Positions 15,805 through 22,669 of a DNA stretch of 26,667 nt are shown here, piece after piece. This DNA is from a virus (lineage: Duplodnaviria; Caudoviricetes). A program made the translations under genes and the position numbers. Each line of letters opens with the position of its first letter. The stretch's first letter is position 1. The notes below the pieces were generated by a model. That model was not told where the DNA came from. It made no database searches and was given only the letters and a program-made list of their open reading frames with translations. The stretch lies in IMG/VR virus record IMGVR_UViG_3300044512_002323, positions 1 to 26,667 of that record. One strand, given 5' to 3'.

Positions 15805-16401
15805 TTAGTCCTTTACAATATCGTTCAAAAGTCTGTTGATCTTGTCGGCTTTAGTCCAAACATTTGGCTCTTTGCTTTCTCTCATCATGAAAGCACCAGT
15901 TGTGGAAGGTTCTGATACCATATCAAAACAGATCAACTGAAAATCGTCGTTTACTCTTGCTGCTCCGTTGTTTTCGTCAACAGTTCCCAAGCCACGAGAA
16001 GAAATGCCAACCTGACAGCCACCTTCAACAAGTGCTCTCAAAGTCTTGCCTGCTGGTGTGTCAAGCACTCTGATCTTTCCCATAACATCTTTGCCTTCAA
16101 ACCAAATGTCTGTGACAAGGTGAGAAGCATTAGCGAGATTAACAATAGAAGACTCTGGGTGGTCTAACTCTCCCAAAGCTCTCTTTTCTTTTACCAACTT
16201 CTTGTAGTTCTCTACTTCTCTTTCAAGTACTCTCATAGGGTAAACTCTACCATTTCCGTTCTGTGCTTCTGCTCTTTGCATAACACCAGAAAGAATAAGC
16301 CCACCATTGGAGACAAATCTTTTTTCTTCCTCTGTGAGAAGATCTTGGCATGTACCACCCTCACAAAGCTGATAAAACTCTGTTAATAACATTTTACTCA
16401 T
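15805..16401 (-). CDS. gp21: Prohead protease (T4 gp21-like)
   Basis: Motifs NGNGRVYP, ALGELDHP, SHLV, GISSRGLG and FDMVSEPST are conserved gp21 motifs. Confidence 0.95.
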   Translation of the reverse strand: MSKMLLTEFYQLCEGGTCQDLLTEEEKRFVSNGGLILSGVMQRAEAQNGNGRVYPMRVLEREVENYKKLVKEKRALGELDHPESSIVNLANASHLVTDIWFEGKDVMGKIRVLDTPAGKTLRALVEGGCQVGISSRGLGTVDENNGAARVNDDFQLICFDMVSEPSTTGAFMMRESKEPNVWTKADKINRLLNDIVKD

Positions 16402-16436
16402 AATAACAATCCTTTGACGGGCACCACCCGTGCGAG

Positions 16437-16490
16437 TTAGGAGCCTCTACAGCATCTTCTAACTGGTTGTAATCTCCATTTTGCTGTCAT
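16437..16490 (-). CDS. Unannotated 17-aa peptide MTAKWRLQPVRRCCRGS
   Basis: ATG at 16490 with AGGAGG (16501-16496) 5 nt upstream, and TAA at 16439-16437. It fills the gap before the protease gene. Confidence 0.6.
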   Translation of the reverse strand: MTAKWRLQPVRRCCRGS

Positions 16491-16503
16491 TTTGACCTCC
16501 TAT

Positions 16504-16818
16504 TTACTCGTGAATATTGTTTATCTTTATTCCACTATCGCTAATAACAACATTCAAAGCATACGATGTTGCCGAAGCAATGCATCCCAAAATGAGTAAA
16601 TTAGCGATATTATACTCAAAATTAAATAGTTCAGTGTAACCATTTATACCGAACAAAAATACCCCGACCCAAAAACCCGTACACATCGGGCAATGGATAA
16701 GTGCTCCAAACCAATCAGATTTTTCTAAAATCCATTCTCTGGCTGTTTCAAAAATGCTTCCGTAAACTAAGATTTGGGTCATTCCCCAAGAGGCGAGAAT
16801 AAAATATAAAAGTTCCAC
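16504..16818 (-). CDS. Small membrane protein with CxxC (DUF1360-like)
   Basis: Three hydrophobic segments and the motif LIHCPMCTGFWVG. Its GTG start overlaps the upstream TAG. Confidence 0.7.
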   Translation of the reverse strand: MELLYFILASWGMTQILVYGSIFETAREWILEKSDWFGALIHCPMCTGFWVGVFLFGINGYTELFNFEYNIANLLILGCIASATSYALNVVISDSGIKINNIHE

Positions 16819-17366
16819 TATTCGTACCTATACATCCCTGCTAGTCCATAATAATAACCCGGATAACCCGGACTAAGTGTTCCTTTCTTCTCTTCCTGTG
16901 GGACTTCACCAAGTTCGGTGCTGTCTTCTTTATCTGGGTGAAGTACTCTATCTTCTTCGGTTTCTTCCACATACTCGAATGATTTCATATAGCCCTGTTC
17001 TTCTTTCATGAAACCAGCAATGTTATAGAGCACTATTTCTGTGAGGTTGTCTACTTTAGCTTCCTTTGGATAGGTTGCTTCGATAGATCCAAATACATTT
17101 GATCCTTTTACAGATTCTGGCAGGATAACTCCTTTCTTGAAAAGGTAATCGAAAAGTCTGTTTTGGCTTTTGTAGACCAACTCACCAAAGTCCTTCTTTG
17201 AATAAGCAGTTACTTTGCCTGTCTTTTCGTCCAAAACAATATCCATATCAATGTGATTAAAAACCATAATCTGACCAGAAAGAGATCGCTTCATGTCGAG
17301 ATTCTTGATCTCTCCCTCCATCACATCTAATGGTAACTGATTTTTGATATTGATTTTAATAGCCAT
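16818..17366 (-). CDS. Hypothetical protein
   Basis: 182-aa ORF, tightly packed in the operon. It has an acidic segment DSTELGEVPQEEKKG and a Tyr/Gly-rich tail. Confidence 0.75.
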   Translation of the reverse strand: MAIKINIKNQLPLDVMEGEIKNLDMKRSLSGQIMVFNHIDMDIVLDEKTGKVTAYSKKDFGELVYKSQNRLFDYLFKKGVILPESVKGSNVFGSIEATYPKEAKVDNLTEIVLYNIAGFMKEEQGYMKSFEYVEETEEDRVLHPDKEDSTELGEVPQEEKKGTLSPGYPGYYYGLAGMYRYE

Positions 17367-17367
17367 T

Positions 17368-18198
17368 TTAGTTTTTTATTTCCCTAGCCAATTCTTGGAT
17401 CTTCAAGATCTTTTTGAGATCTCCATCTTCTAAAGGCTTTTGGCTGAAACCTTCTAAAAGACCTAATACTTGATCTGCTTTTTGAAGCATATCTTTATCT
17501 TCTTTGAATTCTTTTGTTTCTTTTGCCTCGGATACCTGATCCTTGAGTCGACCGATTTCATCGTTCAAGTAGATTTGAAACTCAAGGTCTCCACCTACAC
17601 CAGAGCCGATAAACCTAGAAAGCAATGCTTTCTGTTCTTCCAGCAAGCCAGAGTATTCTTTGTTGAATCTCTCAACAAAAGATGTGAATACAAGATTGTC
17701 AATGTGTCTAAGTTCTTTCTTTTCAACCTGCTGTGTTGCTTCGGTCATAATCTGAAGAGCATCTTCTTCGAGGAGCACTCTCTCTTTAGCAGAAAGGTCA
17801 AGGTTATTGAATACTTGGTGAAGTGTAGCTAAGTTCTTGTAGTTTGGAACAAAAGTAGTAAACACATCTTTCGAAAGCTCTTTGTTGATTCTAGAAATCA
17901 TCTGGCTTTGCTCGACGAAAAGCTGCTTCTTGTTCAATACAGAATACTCAATCTTAGATTCGGAAAGGATCTTTTCGGCAATGTTCTGCTTTGTATCCTT
18001 TGTTTCTAAGATATTCTTGTAGATGCGAACTTCTCTACCCATGGTAGTATCAGTGTTGAAATGCTCTTTTACAATATTCAAGATAGTTTCTCTTCTATCT
18101 TGATCTTTTTCAACAGTAGCCTTGGTGAGTTCCCTTACAAGTGCTTCGTAAAGAAAAATAGTATTTCTTTTCTTGTTGTGTTTAATTTTCGCTGACAT
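17368..18198 (-). CDS. Hypothetical protein downstream of portal (possible head assembly factor)
   Basis: 276-aa helical, charged ORF overlapping the portal 3' end. It begins KHNKKRNT.FLYEAL. Confidence 0.78.
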   Translation of the reverse strand: MSAKIKHNKKRNTIFLYEALVRELTKATVEKDQDRRETILNIVKEHFNTDTTMGREVRIYKNILETKDTKQNIAEKILSESKIEYSVLNKKQLFVEQSQMISRINKELSKDVFTTFVPNYKNLATLHQVFNNLDLSAKERVLLEEDALQIMTEATQQVEKKELRHIDNLVFTSFVERFNKEYSGLLEEQKALLSRFIGSGVGGDLEFQIYLNDEIGRLKDQVSEAKETKEFKEDKDMLQKADQVLGLLEGFSQKPLEDGDLKKILKIQELAREIKN

Positions 18199-20164
18199 TC
18201 TTCTTTGTCTCCAATTCTGTAATCAATGCTTTTACTTGGTTATTGATTTCAAAGATTTTCTCTTCTTCTTTCTTATAATTAGATTCGTGTTCCTCAGAAA
18301 TCCCTCTTGCCAATCTGGAAAGATCAGAGTACCCTTTATTGATATTTCTAGAGGTACTGCTGGCTAAGTTGCTTCCGGCATCTGAACTCATCTGCCTTTG
18401 CATTGCTCTCTTGCCTGAAAGGTCAGTTTTTTTCTCATACCACTTGCCCTTTGAAGCAGGAGTTGTTGTGAAGGTTTTACCCTTTACTCTCTTTTCCATT
18501 TTGTCATCTCTGTTAGCCGGTGGTACTGCTAAAAGATTTGTTTCTGGTTCTTCTGCTGCTGGCTCACCGCCACCAAGACCAAGGTCGGCTCCTTCTTCTT
18601 CTCCGCCAAGGTCCAAGCCGCCTTCTTCGCCCCCGAGGTCAGGAGCACCTTCTTCGCCTCCACCTCCAAGCAAGCCTCCGAGACCACCGCCGCCCGCTGC
18701 TGGTTCGGCTTCTGCTGCCTGATCTAACTGAGCAGTCACTATTCTGTCATGGAACATTTCTCTTTGGTTTCTCAAGAACTCTTCTTCTGAAATTGCAAAG
18801 AGATTTTCTGCAATCCATCGCTTTGAGAAAAACCCTTCTGCTGCGGCTGAAGCAACATCAAATTTAGTTCTCCACTGCTCCAAGTCTTGAAGTTCAGCAA
18901 TCTTGGAAGGATTGTTCATTGAGAGCTTGAAAGAAATAAGATCGTTTTCTCTGTATCCCAAAGTGAAAAGGTGAATGATAGCAATCTTTTCCAACTCTGT
19001 AATAACAACTCTTTGTAATCTTTGGATTGTTCTCGCAAAACGAATGTCTTTTTGAGCAAGAGTTGCCTTGTCTTCATCAGCACCTTCACCACGGAAAAGG
19101 TAAGATTGTGGGACCTTAAGTGCCGAAAACAACTTGTCTTTTAGATACTTTACATCGTCGATGTCTCCAGTGTAAGTTCCTCCGGGCAGACTTTCAACTC
19201 TTGTCGACTGCCCAGCACGAGAAGGAATGAAGTAATCTTCATCAACTGACATAGGATTGTAGCGAAGATCAACACGACCAGTATCAGAATCAACAACTTG
19301 ATTTCTCTTCATCGATGTCATGACCTTCTGCATATACTGTTCAACATCATTAGGAGCCATGTTTCCGACATCAACATAGAAAACTCTTCTTTCTGGTGAG
19401 CGGACAATACGATAGGCCATCATAGCATCTTCAAGAAGAGTAAGTTGCCTAAAGATCCTTCTTGCTGGATCTAAAACAGAAGTTCCATATGGTGCATACT
19501 TGTCGTTTCCAAGGATGCGGAAATGGGCAACCTGCCAGTTTTCAAATGTAAGACCAGCCGAATTCCATTGATATTGAACATAATTTGGATTTGTTTTATC
19601 TTGACCCTCTAGTCTTTCAACTTCTCTCAAGGGAAGGCTGATTACATTCTCAACACCTGTCTTTTCATCAATATCCAAATAAAGGATATAGTCTCCGTAC
19701 TTACACAGAGTTCTGCACCAATTGAAAATATTGTGTTCCACATTCAATACATTGTGGAAAAGAGAATTGAGAATAATTTTGATCTCTTCGTTTTGGCAGT
19801 GAATATTGAGAAGGGGCTTCATGGGAGAGGATGTGGTCATCTCGTCAGCATAAATATCAAGGGCAGAAGCAATGATCGGCTCATATTCCATTTGATCAAA
19901 GTCAACATATCTTTGAAGCCTAGATTGATTCAGATAAACATTTGCCGCCAAATCAGAAAATGGATTGTATTCCATCTTCTTAAACTGCTTTCCAGAAGCA
20001 GAAGTAAACTTGCTAGAATACTTTTCTAGTTCCGATCTTCTATTCTGGTTTACATTTTGTGCTCTGTAATTGACAATAGGACCAGAGAAAAGCCTAGTCA
20101 ACCTCTTGAACAGAGGAGAGGCTGGGTTTCTTACATTTTTACCATTTCCATTTCTTGGTGCCAT
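18182..20164 (-). CDS. gp20: Portal protein (T4 gp20-like)
   Basis: Motifs LLEDAMMAYRIVRSPERRVFYVDVGNM, EDYFIP.R, LPGG, DDVKYL..KLFSALKVP and DIRFARTI.RLQ. The start is placed at ATG 20164 (MAPRNG), which follows SD AAGGA. Confidence 0.95.
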   Translation of the reverse strand: MAPRNGNGKNVRNPASPLFKRLTRLFSGPIVNYRAQNVNQNRRSELEKYSSKFTSASGKQFKKMEYNPFSDLAANVYLNQSRLQRYVDFDQMEYEPIIASALDIYADEMTTSSPMKPLLNIHCQNEEIKIILNSLFHNVLNVEHNIFNWCRTLCKYGDYILYLDIDEKTGVENVISLPLREVERLEGQDKTNPNYVQYQWNSAGLTFENWQVAHFRILGNDKYAPYGTSVLDPARRIFRQLTLLEDAMMAYRIVRSPERRVFYVDVGNMAPNDVEQYMQKVMTSMKRNQVVDSDTGRVDLRYNPMSVDEDYFIPSRAGQSTRVESLPGGTYTGDIDDVKYLKDKLFSALKVPQSYLFRGEGADEDKATLAQKDIRFARTIQRLQRVVITELEKIAIIHLFTLGYRENDLISFKLSMNNPSKIAELQDLEQWRTKFDVASAAAEGFFSKRWIAENLFAISEEEFLRNQREMFHDRIVTAQLDQAAEAEPAAGGGGLGGLLGGGGEEGAPDLGGEEGGLDLGGEEEGADLGLGGGEPAAEEPETNLLAVPPANRDDKMEKRVKGKTFTTTPASKGKWYEKKTDLSGKRAMQRQMSSDAGSNLASSTSRNINKGYSDLSRLARGISEEHESNYKKEEEKIFEINNQVKALITELETKKNVSEN

Positions 20165-20169
20165 CTTGT

Positions 20170-21744
20170 TTATCCTTTCAGAATCCAATTATATTTCATT
20201 TGTTCTTTTATTCTATCACTTGTTGCGACTGATTTATAGCCCTGTTGACCCGGAATTGTCGTGTTTAGTTCACTTTTTGATCTGGTCATTGTGCTAAGAA
20301 ATGCTTTTGAGTATTCTACATCTCGCTGATTTGTTTCAAGTGCGGTGTCTCTAACCCAGCAGCCAATCGCAAAAGCCATTACAAGGTCGTCGTTATACAT
20401 TCGCATTGCCTGTGGACGACCGTTCTGCCAAACAAATGTCTCTAACTCATTAAATAGTCTAGCAGAATATATTCTAACTAGTTTATTTCTAATGAATTCT
20501 TCCATTTTCGCCACAATCAAAGGTCTGGTCTTAGAGGTAGTCGAAAACCCAGCAACGGCATTTGTGCTAGTTTCTCCTATATAAGATTCGACATATTCGT
20601 GTGTAGACTTGATTGAGTAGTAAAGATTTGGATAAGCCAAGTCCCTGAGTTTATCTAAGACGGCAAAACCAACAGAGTTGTTCTCGATGACCATTAGACA
20701 CTCGCCGAACTCTTTGCCTACTTCATTCAACATATTGGCGAAAAGGTCTGGTGTGATCTTTGATTTGTACTCTGCGATAATCTCCATTGTTTCCAATTTG
20801 AAAATGTGGAATACAGAACTATCTTTGTCATCTCCACGAGCAACATCGGCTACAAGAAGATAGCTTGCTCCGGGTTGGTACTCTTCCCAAATCCAAAAGT
20901 TTCTATCAAAACCTGTTTTATATTTTGGTTCTGTCAGACCTTCTTTGATTTTCGCCATATCGTCGGGGTGAATAACAGTTTCACCAGACATATTGAAGTT
21001 GCACTCATACTCTTGGGCAATCTGCCTTTGAGACATATTTCTAGTTTCTTCCTCGAACCATTCTTGGTCTCGGTCAGGATGAACATCCCAAGGAAGAACT
21101 GTTGGGAAAAAGTCGTTGTTGCCTGTTTCAGCATCAACATAGGTTTGGTGGAACCAGTTTCCTACACCATTTGGGGTAGATAGAGCGATACAACGACCCC
21201 CTGTTGACAAGGTAGGATAAAGACCTGTCCAGAGTTCATCAAGCCCTTCAACATGTGCAGCCTCGTCAATAACAAGGAGGGACAAAGCTTCGGAACGACC
21301 AGCATCGCCAGAAGTTGTAGAGGCTTTGATCTGAGAACCGTTGTTTAATTCGAATGAAGTTCTGTTATCGATAGAGATACTAGCAATCTGCATCCACTCT
21401 GGTAGGTTTTTGATGATTGCTTTTACTTTCTTGACCAAGTTTGCTGCTGTTTGGAACTTGGTAGCCATAACCAAGATGTTTTTATCTCGGTGAAAAAGCA
21501 TCATCCAAGACACATAAGCAGCAGTGATGGTAGAAATACCCAACTGTCGACCCTTCAGGATAATATTGAAGCGGTGATCGTTGAAATCGGTTAGTAGTTG
21601 GGTTTGGAAATCGTAGGTCTTGAATGGTACCAAGCCTTTGATTGGGTGCGAGATCCTCGCATAGTTGTTGATAAAGAAGTTAGGATCTTTACCACACTTG
21701 ACTATTTCCGCAAGGATTTCTTTTTTGGATAGTTTGTAAGCCAT
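20170..21744 (-). CDS. terL: Terminase large subunit (T4 gp17-like)
   Basis: Walker A-like ILKGRQLGIST, Walker B LLVIDEAAH, coupling motif LSTPNG, and nuclease motifs ADVARG and DDLVMA. Confidence 0.96.
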   Translation of the reverse strand: MAYKLSKKEILAEIVKCGKDPNFFINNYARISHPIKGLVPFKTYDFQTQLLTDFNDHRFNIILKGRQLGISTITAAYVSWMMLFHRDKNILVMATKFQTAANLVKKVKAIIKNLPEWMQIASISIDNRTSFELNNGSQIKASTTSGDAGRSEALSLLVIDEAAHVEGLDELWTGLYPTLSTGGRCIALSTPNGVGNWFHQTYVDAETGNNDFFPTVLPWDVHPDRDQEWFEEETRNMSQRQIAQEYECNFNMSGETVIHPDDMAKIKEGLTEPKYKTGFDRNFWIWEEYQPGASYLLVADVARGDDKDSSVFHIFKLETMEIIAEYKSKITPDLFANMLNEVGKEFGECLMVIENNSVGFAVLDKLRDLAYPNLYYSIKSTHEYVESYIGETSTNAVAGFSTTSKTRPLIVAKMEEFIRNKLVRIYSARLFNELETFVWQNGRPQAMRMYNDDLVMAFAIGCWVRDTALETNQRDVEYSKAFLSTMTRSKSELNTTIPGQQGYKSVATSDRIKEQMKYNWILKG

Positions 21745-21756
21745 TTCTCACAGTGA

Positions 21757-22251
21757 TTAGTTTTTAGCAGCCTTCAACCAGTTCTTGATGCTCTCGTTGA
21801 GATCTGCTGGCTTATCCTCTTCTAATACCCCTTGGGCACCACCGATCTTGTAGATTGAAGAAGTCTGGTACCAAGTACGGAAGTTGGACATCTTTTGAAC
21901 TAAGATATCAGTTTCGCCTTCTTTTGTCAAGCGAAGATTTCCGCCTGCTGCTCCTCTGTATTCTTTCTGAATAAAAGAAATGATATCAGCAATCTTTTGA
22001 TCAACCATTCCTTCGAAGTCTGGCTGTTGAACATTCTTGATAGTACACTCAGAAGAATAACTCAAGATCATCTTGTCACCTTGAAAGCGAACCTTAAAGC
22101 CGTCAACAAGTCTGCTGTCTGTTACAACATTGTCGACTTCTCTACGAAGACCAATCTTTATTGGATTGCCTTCTTCGTCAAGTGCTCCGTCATATCCTTT
22201 CTGTCCTACGATGTTCTGGATTGTCTGTACGACATCTAAAATATTAGCCAT
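21757..22251 (-). CDS. Hypothetical protein
   Basis: 164-aa ORF coupled to the upstream gene, ending LNESIKNWLK. Confidence 0.72.
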   Translation of the reverse strand: MANILDVVQTIQNIVGQKGYDGALDEEGNPIKIGLRREVDNVVTDSRLVDGFKVRFQGDKMILSYSSECTIKNVQQPDFEGMVDQKIADIISFIQKEYRGAAGGNLRLTKEGETDILVQKMSNFRTWYQTSSIYKIGGAQGVLEEDKPADLNESIKNWLKAAKN

Positions 22252-22663
22252 TTTTATTCCCCTTATAAAAGTTTCCTAGAAACTCTACTCTTTGGTCTAA
22301 GTCCATCCACCTTTCTTCTCTGCCTTCAACAAAATGCATATAACACTTGTAGCAGCAGTCATACTTATTCATATATACATCGTCTTTTGGACTAAATGAA
22401 TACTCAAAGCAAGCCGGACAAACACGGTCTTCGTCTTTAGTAAGTAGTTTTTTTGATAGGAAAAAACCATCTTTGTTTATCTTTTCAGTATGTTCGCTTC
22501 TTTTGAGTTGTTTTTTATATACTCTCTTAATTTGTTCAAGATAGTCAAGTTCCTTTTCCTTGGTCCATCCGGACTTTGGATTGGTGATTGTCTGGGGACC
22601 GTATTTCTTTGAGATTGCTTGTTCTATCTTTGCGATAGTGTTTAGATCAGGTGTCTTCATCAT
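22244..22663 (-). CDS. Hypothetical protein with putative Zn-binding cysteines
   Basis: 139-aa basic protein containing CPAC...YDCCYKC. Confidence 0.7.
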   Translation of the reverse strand: MMKTPDLNTIAKIEQAISKKYGPQTITNPKSGWTKEKELDYLEQIKRVYKKQLKRSEHTEKINKDGFFLSKKLLTKDEDRVCPACFEYSFSPKDDVYMNKYDCCYKCYMHFVEGREERWMDLDQRVEFLGNFYKGNKNG

Positions 22664-22669
22664 GCCCTA

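Noticed and set aside
20165-20188. Portal start at 20188 (MDSERINK)
   Set aside because: This is a TTG start inside the terminase 3' end. The ATG at 20164 follows an SD-like AAGGA and is preferred.
18182-21744. Introns or inteins in terminase or portal
   Set aside because: Both frames are uninterrupted with motifs in the expected order. No intein-type C...HN ends or endonuclease insertions were seen.
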